A stretch of 64,000 bases of DNA from Nitrospirota bacterium (lineage in GTDB: Bacteria; JACPQY01), in assembly GCA_016180645.1 (NCBI GenBank), contig JACPAV010000002.1, positions 174,628 to 238,627 on the forward strand, given 5' to 3'. This document shows, in pieces, positions 8,999 through 18,119 of the stretch (its first letter is position 1; the number at the start of each line of letters is the position of its first letter). The notes beneath the pieces were generated by a model. That model had not been told where the DNA came from and searched no databases. It was given only the letters and a program-made list of their open reading frames with translations. The translations under genes were made by a program, and so were the position numbers.

Positions 8999-9711
8999 GG
9001 CGCCGCTCCCACCGAGGCGCCCCCCGCCTCCCTGGAGGCGGATTTCGACTCGGACTCCCACCTGTTCCCCGCGATCGCGAGGCGCGGATCGCAAACCATG
9101 GCGTGCCACACCACGGACTGGAACGACTCCGTGTAGGGCGTCACGCTCTCAGCGTTGACCGTTGGGACAATCAAAACGATGTCCCCCCGCCTCGACGTGT
9201 GGCCGCCGTCGCGTCCGACGATGCCCAGGACGTCCATCCGGCGTCGCTTGGCCTCCTCGATGGCGTCCACCAGGTTCAAGCTGACTTGAGGTTCCACGCT
9301 CCCTCCCCCCACCGAAAGGACAAAGAGGACATCCCGCGGGCCGGCGTGACTCACGCCCAGCCACGCGGAAAAGACGGTCCGCCACCCCTCGTCATTGGTC
9401 CTCGCCGTCAATTCGGAAACGTTGTCCACGGGCGAATAGGCTTCGATTCCGGCCAACTTTCGGAAATCGTTCACGGCGTGACTGCAGTTTCCCGCACTCC
9501 CGCCGACACCGCACAAGAAAAGGCGTCCACCCGCTTCGCGAAGTCCCACCAGGCGTTCCACCATGCGATCCATCACGGAAACGTCGATTCGGCGGGCCAC
9601 CTGCGCAGCCTCCCGCATATAGCGCCGGAGATATCCGGAATCGCGGACCTTCCCTCGTGCGCCCGCGGCGCGGTTGTTCGTGCCCCGGTTGCGGCCTACG
9701 AGCATGCTCAT
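8995..9711 (-). CDS. SIS-domain sugar-phosphate isomerase (GmhA / phosphoheptose isomerase-like)
   Basis: GGRLFLCGVGGSAGNCSHAVNDF matches the SIS/GmhA nucleotide-sugar isomerase signature; 238 aa. Confidence 0.7.
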   Translation of the reverse strand: MSMLVGRNRGTNNRAAGARGKVRDSGYLRRYMREAAQVARRIDVSVMDRMVERLVGLREAGGRLFLCGVGGSAGNCSHAVNDFRKLAGIEAYSPVDNVSELTARTNDEGWRTVFSAWLGVSHAGPRDVLFVLSVGGGSVEPQVSLNLVDAIEEAKRRRMDVLGIVGRDGGHTSRRGDIVLIVPTVNAESVTPYTESFQSVVWHAMVCDPRLAIAGNRWESESKSASREAGGASVGAAP

Positions 9712-10790
9712 GCCTCGCTTCCCTTTCGCCCATCGGATTTCCTGCCGACCACCCGCGCAAAAGAGCTCATTCGCATCTCCTGGAGGAAGGACTGAAATGC
9801 TTCTTGCACCTCGGAACCGCTCTCCAGAAGCCGGCGCTCGAAGGGAGACAGGGGAATGGCCCCATCTTCTTGTGCGTGAACACGAACCGTCTCGATATCC
9901 AGAGCGCCCGGCGTGCTGACCTCGATCAATTCAAACCCTGTGGCCCGGAGGAGCTGCTCAAGCCCCGCAAGCCCAAAGCAATTCGTCCGATCCGGCGGAT
10001 AGAGATACTTGTTGCGCAATCCCAAGACGGTCATATCGAACCCCGAGCTGACCGCCGCCGTCAGAAAGAGGAGACCACCCTCCACCAAGCGTTCGCGGAC
10101 CCCGCGGAGGAGCCGGGCCGGGTCTCGCGCCCGGTCGAGCGCCTCCAGCAGAACCGCAACCCCCGCCCGCGCGACCGTTCTCCTCCGGGTGCCTTCTTCC
10201 AATTCCCGGACCTCGCTCCCCACGGCCGTTTCGGTCAATCGTGCCTCATCCACCGTTGACACTTCGGAAAACAGCCGCGACCCCCGGAGCAGGGGGGCCA
10301 TGTCGCCCGGCGGTATCCCCACATCCAGCGCGTGAGTTCGGCCCATTCCGTGAAGCCGCAGACTGTTCCGGATCCATTCGATCTTGGGGAGATACACCTT
10401 GTCCTGCCTCGAAGCCGCCAATCCCGGGGAGAATTCCAGGTTCCTCCGTCGTCCCTCTGCGGTGCTCCTCAAGACTTCCGCCCACCGATCGGCGTTGGGA
10501 ATCTCCTGAAGGAAGAATCCTCGGCAGCGGCCGCAGCCGGCGTACGGAAGTTGCTCCACCACCCCGATCGGCGCCAGGTCCAAGTGACACGCCGGACAGG
10601 AGGTTCGGGGTGTCCCCGACACCCGCAAGGCGTTTCTCACCGTGTCGATGCAGAACGACCGGTATCCGCCCAGCCGGTCCAGCGGCTTGACGGAAGACAG
10701 GGGAACCGCAAGACCGGATTGGACCGAGAAAGGGACCGGAGACAACGATTCAGGCGTGGGAGAAGCGGAGCGATATTCTTCACCCCACAT
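9708..10790 (-). CDS. putative SAM-dependent methyltransferase with N-terminal zinc-ribbon
   Basis: CPACHLDL...GCGRC (CxxC-N17-CxxC) followed by HALDVGIPPGD motif-I-like and downstream methyltransferase-like segments; resembles sugar C-methyltransferase architecture. Family assignment tentative. Confidence 0.5.
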   Translation of the reverse strand: MWGEEYRSASPTPESLSPVPFSVQSGLAVPLSSVKPLDRLGGYRSFCIDTVRNALRVSGTPRTSCPACHLDLAPIGVVEQLPYAGCGRCRGFFLQEIPNADRWAEVLRSTAEGRRRNLEFSPGLAASRQDKVYLPKIEWIRNSLRLHGMGRTHALDVGIPPGDMAPLLRGSRLFSEVSTVDEARLTETAVGSEVRELEEGTRRRTVARAGVAVLLEALDRARDPARLLRGVRERLVEGGLLFLTAAVSSGFDMTVLGLRNKYLYPPDRTNCFGLAGLEQLLRATGFELIEVSTPGALDIETVRVHAQEDGAIPLSPFERRLLESGSEVQEAFQSFLQEMRMSSFARVVGRKSDGRKGSEA

Positions 10791-12342
10791 AGGTCAACCT
10801 CCGGGTGACTTCGTCCTCGCCGTACATGATTTGGTAGTACTCGCGAGAAAGCCGCTCAAAGACCTTGTTTCCCAACTCATCGAAACTCTCCGCCCTTCGG
10901 ATATCGCCGGCGCGCGAAATCGGAAGTTTGACATGGAGCGGGAACGTTCGCTGCAGCCCAAGGATCTCCTTGGCCGAGAGGTAGGGGGCGGGCATGTCGA
11001 GAATGGACTCCCCGATGACGGACGTCGTCTGCCGTTCGGGATCCAGCCAACCCGCCCGGACCGCCGCATCTCGGAGCCCCGTGCCATGGTAGGGCACAAA
11101 AATATTGACGCTGACCGAGTCGAACGACCCGATTTCGCGATTCAGCGCGATGGTGTCGAAGAACAGTTCCCGCGTTTCAAACGGAAACCCCACCATGTTG
11201 TTGAGCGTAAACGGGATGCCCACTTTGGCCACGGTGGAACATTTCTCGAGGATTTTCGCGTTCGTCACGTGCCGCTCGATCACCTTCTTCCGAAACGCTT
11301 CATTTCCGTGCTCAAGGCCGAAAGAGATCCGGTAACATCCGACCTCTTGAAGCCAAGTCAGTTTCTCCTCATCGATGTCTTCGAGGCGCGTCTGGAACCA
11401 GAAGGGGATTTTGAAATCACGGTACATACGCGCGAAAGATGCGATTTCCGCCTTGGGGCGGGCCATGAACGCATCGTCCACGAAGTAGAAGAACTCCGGG
11501 GAATAGCGCCGGATCATCTGCTCCATCTCGTTTCGGAGGGTTTCCATGCTCTTCCGGCGGAGGAAGAAGCCCTGCTTCTTCTCCTTGGCGATCACGAGCT
11601 GCGTGGGTGAATTGCAGAAGGAGCAGGTATAGGGGCAGCCCCGGTAGGTCTCGATCGGGATGGTCTTCCATATCTTCTTTCCGAGGGGTCGGAAGAACCG
11701 CTTTTCGGAGAAGAGTGACCAATCGGGAAGGACCCGGTTGATGTCGACCAGCGGTCTCGGGAGGTTCCGCGCGAAGGCGCCGTCGGGCGTTCGAACCCAG
11801 GCGCCCGGCAGGGTCGCGAGATCGGCTCCTTGACGGACGCGCTCGCAGAATTCCACGAGGGTCTCCTCCCCTTCACCGGTTCCCATGACGGAAACTTGGG
11901 GGGCTGCGGCGACGATGTCGGGGGCCATGGTGGCAAATACGCCTCCAACGAGAGTCCGGATGTCCGGGTAGGTGGAGAGGATCTCCAGCATGCGTTTCGC
12001 CTGCGGCCAGGCATCCTCGACCAGTGTGCACAGGACGGCCGCGTGAGGCTTGAACGCGTCGAGCTTGCGGGCGAAATCTCCATCCAGATCTTCGCGGACG
12101 TCCGGGAAGATGTCGCCCGGCTCGAACCGCCGGCTGTTGACCATCTTGTTGGCGCGCGTGATGGGCAAGGCCTCCCCGAGAAACTCGATGGCGGGGCGAT
12201 AGGGCGTGGCATCGAAAAGATCGATTTCGTAGCCCTGATTCTTCAAGAGAGAAGTGAAGAGCGCGACGGCGTACGAAGGGGTAAGCATGAGGCTCAAATT
12301 GGGGTAGACCAGGAGTACGCGGAATCGGGTTTTCTCAATCAC
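10780..12342 (-). CDS. B12-binding domain radical SAM enzyme (second paralog)
   Basis: N-terminal RVLLVYPN B12-binding-like region and CPYTCSFC (CxxxCxxC) motif; 520 aa. Confidence 0.8.
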   Translation of the reverse strand: MIEKTRFRVLLVYPNLSLMLTPSYAVALFTSLLKNQGYEIDLFDATPYRPAIEFLGEALPITRANKMVNSRRFEPGDIFPDVREDLDGDFARKLDAFKPHAAVLCTLVEDAWPQAKRMLEILSTYPDIRTLVGGVFATMAPDIVAAAPQVSVMGTGEGEETLVEFCERVRQGADLATLPGAWVRTPDGAFARNLPRPLVDINRVLPDWSLFSEKRFFRPLGKKIWKTIPIETYRGCPYTCSFCNSPTQLVIAKEKKQGFFLRRKSMETLRNEMEQMIRRYSPEFFYFVDDAFMARPKAEIASFARMYRDFKIPFWFQTRLEDIDEEKLTWLQEVGCYRISFGLEHGNEAFRKKVIERHVTNAKILEKCSTVAKVGIPFTLNNMVGFPFETRELFFDTIALNREIGSFDSVSVNIFVPYHGTGLRDAAVRAGWLDPERQTTSVIGESILDMPAPYLSAKEILGLQRTFPLHVKLPISRAGDIRRAESFDELGNKVFERLSREYYQIMYGEDEVTRRLTYVG

Positions 12343-12381
12343 CGGCCATCGCCTCCGCGCGTCGCGTCCCGTCTCGACCGG

Positions 12382-13470
12382 TCATCGCGATTCGGCAAGG
12401 GTCGCAGACGGGCCCGGGCGCCGATCTCCCCAGATCCTCGGTCGACGGGGCTCTTGGGGTTCGAGGCCCGGCCGGCGTCCCACACAGGCATAGACTTCAC
12501 GCACGAGACTCATGATATGGGCGGCCTCCGGGAGCGTGCCGTGCGTTGGGGATCGCCCTTCGAGGATGGAGTCGACGAATTCAAACGTTTCTTTCTTCCA
12601 TGAATCGTCCCGATCGAAGTAGATGATTTCCTCCCGAGGATTGCCCAGGGCCAGCGCCTCGTCTTCGAATTGGCGCCGACCGACCACCAGTTGTTCCCGC
12701 CCATAACTGCCTGTCTGGGACAGGAGGCCCGAGAGAACCAAGTACCCGTCCCTGCACCCGACCTCGACTCGAAAGGTATGCTTCCAGAGGGTCGCGGACG
12801 AGTGCAGGAAAGCCGGGACTCCCCGTTCCGATTCGAGAAGCACGAAGGCATTGTCCTCCACCCCGCATCCCCAGAATGAATCGCGGAGAACGGCCTGAAC
12901 CACCCTCATCGGGCCGCAGAAAAATTGAAAGAGATCCAGCATGTGGACTCCCTGGTCCAGCAGGATTCCCCCCCCCGACACCTCGTATCGATTCCGCCAA
13001 TTTTCCCGATAGTTCAATCCGCCGGACTTGCCGTAGGTGGCCTTAAGGTGAATGACCTCCCCCAACCCGCCTTCTCCCAGAAATGCCTTCGCCGCCTGGA
13101 CGGATGGGTGGAGCCTGTGGTTGAACCCGAAGACGATCCTCCGACGGGTCTTCCCCGACACGGCCTCTGCGATCCGAGAAAAATCCTCCCAGTTCCGGCC
13201 CGGCGGTTTCTCACAAAAGACATTTCCGCACCGTTCCAACGCTTCCACGCAGAGGTCTACGGTCACATCGTTCGGTGTGCAGACAAACGCCGCGCCTACG
13301 TCGCTCCAGTCTACCTCCTCCGAGGACGTCACCCAGGCCACATCCCCGCCGGTCACCGGGACAGGACCGGCAGGCTCCACGATCCAGATCCTGCCGACGC
13401 GCGGATGTTCCCGGAGAACCCGATGGCGAATTTTCCCCATGTATCCGAATCCGAAAATGACGCAGTTCAC
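12382..13470 (-). CDS. Gfo/Idh/MocA family oxidoreductase (second paralog)
   Basis: MNCVIFGFGYMGKIRH Rossmann start, VCTPND and EKPPG motifs; 362 aa. Confidence 0.7.
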   Translation of the reverse strand: MNCVIFGFGYMGKIRHRVLREHPRVGRIWIVEPAGPVPVTGGDVAWVTSSEEVDWSDVGAAFVCTPNDVTVDLCVEALERCGNVFCEKPPGRNWEDFSRIAEAVSGKTRRRIVFGFNHRLHPSVQAAKAFLGEGGLGEVIHLKATYGKSGGLNYRENWRNRYEVSGGGILLDQGVHMLDLFQFFCGPMRVVQAVLRDSFWGCGVEDNAFVLLESERGVPAFLHSSATLWKHTFRVEVGCRDGYLVLSGLLSQTGSYGREQLVVGRRQFEDEALALGNPREEIIYFDRDDSWKKETFEFVDSILEGRSPTHGTLPEAAHIMSLVREVYACVGRRPGLEPQEPRRPRIWGDRRPGPSATLAESR

Positions 13471-15170
13471 GCCGCTCCTCCACGGTGCGTGAATCCCGCC
13501 GCCTCGAGAAAGGTCGAAATCGAACGCTCCGTCACGAGCCCCAAGTAGGTTTCAACATATTTCAGGGCATTCTCCCAAGCCCCGGGATCGGGCCTGTAGT
13601 CCGGCTGGAAGGCGGTGTCCAACACCTCGGCCAGCGCGCCGGGTGACTCCGTCCAAAGCCGCCATTCGTTCATGCCCGCAAGGGGATCGCCGGAATGGGC
13701 GGATTGGCCCCTCAGATAGACCGGCCGCAATCCCTGGAGCACCGCATGGAGCGCCGCGGAGGAGCCTCGATAGATGACGAAGGAAGACCGCGCAAAGTCC
13801 TCCTCGACCGGTCTCTCGGAGATCTCCAGATTGGGCCATTTCCGGGCGGACTCTCGTACGCTCGCCAAGACCCGGCGGTCTGGAAGCATGGGGTGTGCCC
13901 TGAGAATAAATTCGCGGTCCGGGAATCGGCGGGCGCACTCCTCCGCCGCGCGATAGAAATCGTCCACTTCCGTCTCCAATCCCTCCGGAACGAAGAGGAC
14001 CGCGCCGAGGTTGGACCGTGGCTGAGACGCTCCCGATCGGAGCCGCCGCCGACAACTTCCGAACCGAATCAGGTCAATTCCGTGGACGTCGTGTCCGGAA
14101 CGCATCGCGGCCAGGGTCTCTTCCCCCAGGCACAAGACCAAGTCGGGTGTGGAACCGGGCCCCAGTTCCTTCGTGGGTCGGATCAACGACAAGGACTCGG
14201 GAAAAAGCATCGTGTGCGCGTAGCCGGCAATTCGCGTGGCCGGCGAGATCTCCTTGATTCCCCGGCCCGCGCACTTCTCCCAACCGTGCCCTTCATAGAG
14301 GGTCAGGAACACGCGGGGACTCCATCGACGGGCGACCTCCCGGCCGATCCAGTAGAACAGGCCGTTGCGATGGGGAAGAAGCCCCAGGCAATCCTGACTC
14401 GCTTGGCGGCAGAGTCCGCGTTCCACGGGGTCGGTCGCGCGCGAGGCTTCCCGCGCCAATCGCCAGGACCATTTCGTTTGGAGGATGGCCATTTGAATCG
14501 GCGCCGACGGCGGCACGAGGGCCACTTCCGCCATCGCGTGCTTCTCCTTCGTCGACAGACGGGATCGGGCAAAAGCGTGAGGATCTCCGCTTGATCCGTC
14601 TCCGCATATCATCAGCGTCCGCACGCCCTTCCGCTCGAGCCTCCCTTGGAGATCACCAAAATAAAAATCGCTGCCGTCCTCCGCCCGGGCCGGGCCATAA
14701 CACCAAGTCTTGATTACAACGTCGAAGTTTCTTCGCGTAAGCTCTTGAATCTCGCGCCTCTGCGAGGCCCGGATTGTCCGAACGGTTTTCCCCGTGCGGA
14801 GCGCGAACCGCCACAGGGTCCGGGTTGAAGACCAAATGCTCCGGAGGGAAAAGGAACCGGCCTTCCCCGCGGCTTGGAGGACTGCATCCGGCCCGCCCTC
14901 CTGCGTCAGAACGGATTCCTGAACGGCGTGGACGGGATGTTTGAGATACAACCAGGGGATAGCCATGACGGGTAGGACCGGAAACCTTCGCCTGATCCGT
15001 TCAAGGACGAGACCCAATTGATGCAGGTCGGGGGACACCGCCGGACCCGATTCCCACCGTCCTGAAAGCTCGCGCCCGGCGCGATTCGGGACGGCCCCGC
15101 CCAACCCCCGCCCAACGGCGTCGGCCATGGCGGTGGGTGTTGAGAGTGGAGCTAGGTCCACCATCCCCAT
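13467..15170 (-). CDS. hypothetical protein, possibly TagF-like transferase (HP motif)
   Basis: 567 aa; contains FILRAHPMLPD resembling the HP motif seen in the two TagF-like paralogs at 34212-37046 and 38749-40122. No clear RBS; start uncertain. Confidence 0.35.
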   Translation of the reverse strand: MGMVDLAPLSTPTAMADAVGRGLGGAVPNRAGRELSGRWESGPAVSPDLHQLGLVLERIRRRFPVLPVMAIPWLYLKHPVHAVQESVLTQEGGPDAVLQAAGKAGSFSLRSIWSSTRTLWRFALRTGKTVRTIRASQRREIQELTRRNFDVVIKTWCYGPARAEDGSDFYFGDLQGRLERKGVRTLMICGDGSSGDPHAFARSRLSTKEKHAMAEVALVPPSAPIQMAILQTKWSWRLAREASRATDPVERGLCRQASQDCLGLLPHRNGLFYWIGREVARRWSPRVFLTLYEGHGWEKCAGRGIKEISPATRIAGYAHTMLFPESLSLIRPTKELGPGSTPDLVLCLGEETLAAMRSGHDVHGIDLIRFGSCRRRLRSGASQPRSNLGAVLFVPEGLETEVDDFYRAAEECARRFPDREFILRAHPMLPDRRVLASVRESARKWPNLEISERPVEEDFARSSFVIYRGSSAALHAVLQGLRPVYLRGQSAHSGDPLAGMNEWRLWTESPGALAEVLDTAFQPDYRPDPGAWENALKYVETYLGLVTERSISTFLEAAGFTHRGGAA

Positions 15171-15264
15171 GCGGTCGGGTGTGTGGATGGGATGGGAGAC
15201 GGAAGGCGTGCTCCGCGTCCCTGGCGCACTTTGTATCTTCGCATCATCCTTGAGCTTATCCTAG

Positions 15265-15293
15265 ATTATAGTTTCAGGTTGAGAGCCTGTCAA
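15265..15293 (-). promoter_or_regulatory. consensus sigma70-type promoter for the leftward operon: TTGACA-N17-TATAAT
   Basis: Minus-strand reading gives TTGACAGGCTCTCAACCTGAAACTATAAT, about 90 nt upstream of the ATG at 15170. Confidence 0.5.
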
Positions 15294-15357
15294 GGCGCGA
15301 TCCTTGTTTCCAAGCACCCCTAAAGTCGCGGCCCCAGCGTCCGAACATCCCCCTATA

Positions 15358-15378
15358 TGTTCGTTCATCAAACGAACA
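15358..15378. promoter_or_regulatory. perfect inverted repeat TGTTCGTT-CATCA-AACGAACA between divergent promoters (candidate operator)
   Basis: 8-bp arms are exact reverse complements with a 5-bp spacer; located between the two consensus promoters. Confidence 0.4.
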
Positions 15379-15398
15379 AACTTTAGGCTCGGGCCGGC

Positions 15399-15426
15399 TT
15401 GACACCGCGACATGCATCACTATAAT
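15399..15426 (+). promoter_or_regulatory. consensus sigma70-type promoter for rightward genes: TTGACA-N16-TATAAT
   Basis: TTGACACCGCGACATGCATCACTATAAT about 24 nt upstream of the GTG start at 15450, with GAAGG/AGGGAAG as possible SD. Confidence 0.5.
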
Positions 15427-15449
15427 TTTCCCCCTGAAGGCACAGGGAA

Positions 15450-16211
15450 GTGGCGCCGCTAGGAAAGAAGTCCGTACTGGTCCTCATACCCGCCCGAGGC
15501 GGGTCCAAAGGCATTCCCCACAAAAACATCGTTGATCTTTGCGGGTACCCCCTTCTGGCCTACGCGATCGCCGCCGCGCGAAAGAGCGCTTTCAACCCGC
15601 GGATCCTCGTCACCACGGACGACGAGGAAATCGCGAGAGTCGCGAGGTCGTTCGGCGCCGATGCGCCCTTTCTTAGACCCGCCGAACTGGGCCAAGACAC
15701 AAGTCCTCTCACGGTGGCCCAACTCCACGCCCTCCATTGGCTTCGCGAGCACGAAGGCTACAGGCCGGCGGCCACCGCCACCGTGCTTCCGACGTATCCG
15801 TTCGTTCGCGCGAAGACGATCGATCAGGTGATCGGGCATGCGTTGAAAGGTATGTCGGCCCGAACGGTGATTCGCACTCCGGCATCGAGTCGCCTCTTTT
15901 TTCTCGAGGATGAAGGAGTATTGAGCCGCGTCCAATTCCGAACGCGATCCAAGCGGTGGTATCTGGGTACGGCCGCCGCGGGGGCCGTGCGGTACTTCCC
16001 CTCCTTTGATCCCGCGGCCATGAACGAGCGCGAGATCCTCCGTCTCATGAAACGATATGCGACCCGTCTCCGGAACTTGGGGATCAACACCCGAGGGCAT
16101 GCCACCATCGAGGTGACTTGGGTTGAAGCCGTGGACATCGATACGCCTCGTGAGCTGACCCTGGCCCGAAAACTGATCGCCTCGGGCGTAAGGCCTGCCC
16201 TTCTTCAATGA
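15450..16211 (+). CDS. CMP-nonulosonate cytidylyltransferase, NeuA family (second copy)
   Basis: VLIPARGGSKGIPHKNI motif; GTG start; 253 aa. Confidence 0.75.
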   Translation: MAPLGKKSVLVLIPARGGSKGIPHKNIVDLCGYPLLAYAIAAARKSAFNPRILVTTDDEEIARVARSFGADAPFLRPAELGQDTSPLTVAQLHALHWLREHEGYRPAATATVLPTYPFVRAKTIDQVIGHALKGMSARTVIRTPASSRLFFLEDEGVLSRVQFRTRSKRWYLGTAAAGAVRYFPSFDPAAMNEREILRLMKRYATRLRNLGINTRGHATIEVTWVEAVDIDTPRELTLARKLIASGVRPALLQ

Positions 16212-16945
16212 GTGCGATCGATTCCACCCTGGTCTTTTGCGCCGTGGTTCGACCCGGCACGTTCTGGAGCGTAGGCCCCCACTGGCGGTCGGCCCTGGCC
16301 AACGTTACGGGCCGGGCCTTGGAAGTTCACCACACTCTCCACCCCTTCCGCACGAATTTCGTCAGCGACTCAATGGACATGCTCCGGGAAGCGGCCGGGC
16401 TCCTATCCGGCCATGGGGTCCGCTTTTGCCGTTCGAACTCGCCGGCCAAGGCCCTCCGACGGCTGGCGCCGAAGAAGACCGAGGGGACGCTGATGGTCGT
16501 AAACCCCTTCTTCTGCTTTATCGAGCCGGGGGCCCTCTTGACGGCCCTGCGGCGACAAGGGGAGGCCCAGCAAATCCATGCGACCGTCCGCCGGCCGGAT
16601 CCTCATCCCCTTCATTTCTGCCATGAACGACGGATTCCCCAGGGGCGGGGCAAGTACGTTTGCGCGATCCACACCAATCAGTGGTACAACTACAGCCTCT
16701 ACTTCTCTCACAAGGGCAAGAATTTCGAATTCCGCCGGCAGAACTACCCGACGGTGCATGAAGCATGCAGCGCCATGACCGTCTTTCCATACTCGCTCGT
16801 AAATTCGTGGGAGCGATCCCTGAGGTCCGGACGATTCCGCGCCCTTCGACTCGAGGAGCCCGCCAGTCTGGATGCCTCCTACGAGCGGGATTTCTTCCTG
16901 GCCCAAGTCCTGCTGGAGGGCCGCCGGGAGGGGACGGCGGCCTGA
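16208..16945 (+). CDS. hypothetical protein
   Basis: 245-aa ORF whose ATG overlaps the upstream stop (ATGA); no motif recognised. Confidence 0.35.
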   Translation: MSAIDSTLVFCAVVRPGTFWSVGPHWRSALANVTGRALEVHHTLHPFRTNFVSDSMDMLREAAGLLSGHGVRFCRSNSPAKALRRLAPKKTEGTLMVVNPFFCFIEPGALLTALRRQGEAQQIHATVRRPDPHPLHFCHERRIPQGRGKYVCAIHTNQWYNYSLYFSHKGKNFEFRRQNYPTVHEACSAMTVFPYSLVNSWERSLRSGRFRALRLEEPASLDASYERDFFLAQVLLEGRREGTAA

Positions 16946-16946
16946 A

Positions 16947-18119
16947 TCAGCCGGGTGCGTGGCGGCTTCCCGTCCGCTCGGACACCAGACGATCCAGCGC
17001 GCGAGCCAGGTCCGGGAAGCCGATTTTCGACATCCGATCCCGCGCCCTTTCACGGCCCTTCTTGCCCATGCGCTTCCGCGCGGCGGAATCGGTTAGGAGG
17101 AACCGCAGCCGGTCCGCCAACGCGTTTACCTCGCCTACGGGGAAGAGAAGTCCGTTCAGCCCTTCGATCACCCACTCACGGACGGATGGGATGTCGGCCG
17201 ATATCACCGGCAGACCGCAGCTCATGGCCTCCAGCATCGAAACGCCCGTGGCCTCCGACTCCACGCACTTGAGGTAGACGTCCGCCGCATTGTACAGGCC
17301 GGCCATCTCCTCGTGAGCGAGATGGCCCATGAAATCCACCCGATCGAGCGCGCCCAGGTCGGCGGCCAATCGCCGGAGTGAGGGCCTCAGGCTTCCATCC
17401 CCGCAGAAGACGAGCCGGCATCCAGGCACCCGCTTCGAGAGGAGGGCGAAGGCCCGGACGGCGTCCGCCGGGCGATAGAGCGGTTCCAGATGCCGCGCCA
17501 TCAGGATCACTTTCTGATTTCCCCAACGGTACCTTTTTCTCACGGCGTTGCGGAGGGAGAGGGAGGGTCGGAAACGAGTCACATCCACCAACGCGGCGAA
17601 TACCTGGGATCGATCGGCGGCCCCGCCCAGTCGGACGACCTCGCTCAGCACGTACTCATTGTCGGCAAGAATCAGTGAAGACCGGGCCAAGGTGAACCTC
17701 CCTAGACGTCGCACCCAGGCGCGGTCCTTGGCGCGAATCAGAATGTCGCTGCCGAACACCCAGAGAGAAACCGGCCGGTAGCCGGTGAGCGCGGGCCAGG
17801 AGCCGACCGCAGGGAACCAGCCGGTGTGGATCAAATCGGGTCCGAATTGTCGCGCGATCCGAAGATACCTCAACAGCGCAGGCAGCTTGCCCGCAAAGCG
17901 ACGCCCGGAGCGCCATACCCCTTCACCGCGGATGGCGTGGTACCCCAGCCAGGTTCGGGGCACGGCGGGAGGGCAGTGCTCCTTTCCCTCCTCCTGCAAG
18001 TAGACATAGTGGAGATCGAAGCCCTCTCCGAGAAGACCTTGCAGAAAGAACCGGTCGAACGGCACCCCCATCGAGAGGTACAGAATGCGCGCGCGGGCCT
18101 GCCGCTCCTCGCCGATCAA
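16947..18119 (-). CDS. glycosyltransferase, GT4-like (GT-B fold)
   Basis: C-terminal EAMSCGLPVI (E-x7-E type) region and GDGSLR segment; 390 aa. Confidence 0.7.
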   Translation of the reverse strand: MIGEERQARARILYLSMGVPFDRFFLQGLLGEGFDLHYVYLQEEGKEHCPPAVPRTWLGYHAIRGEGVWRSGRRFAGKLPALLRYLRIARQFGPDLIHTGWFPAVGSWPALTGYRPVSLWVFGSDILIRAKDRAWVRRLGRFTLARSSLILADNEYVLSEVVRLGGAADRSQVFAALVDVTRFRPSLSLRNAVRKRYRWGNQKVILMARHLEPLYRPADAVRAFALLSKRVPGCRLVFCGDGSLRPSLRRLAADLGALDRVDFMGHLAHEEMAGLYNAADVYLKCVESEATGVSMLEAMSCGLPVISADIPSVREWVIEGLNGLLFPVGEVNALADRLRFLLTDSAARKRMGKKGRERARDRMSKIGFPDLARALDRLVSERTGSRHAPG

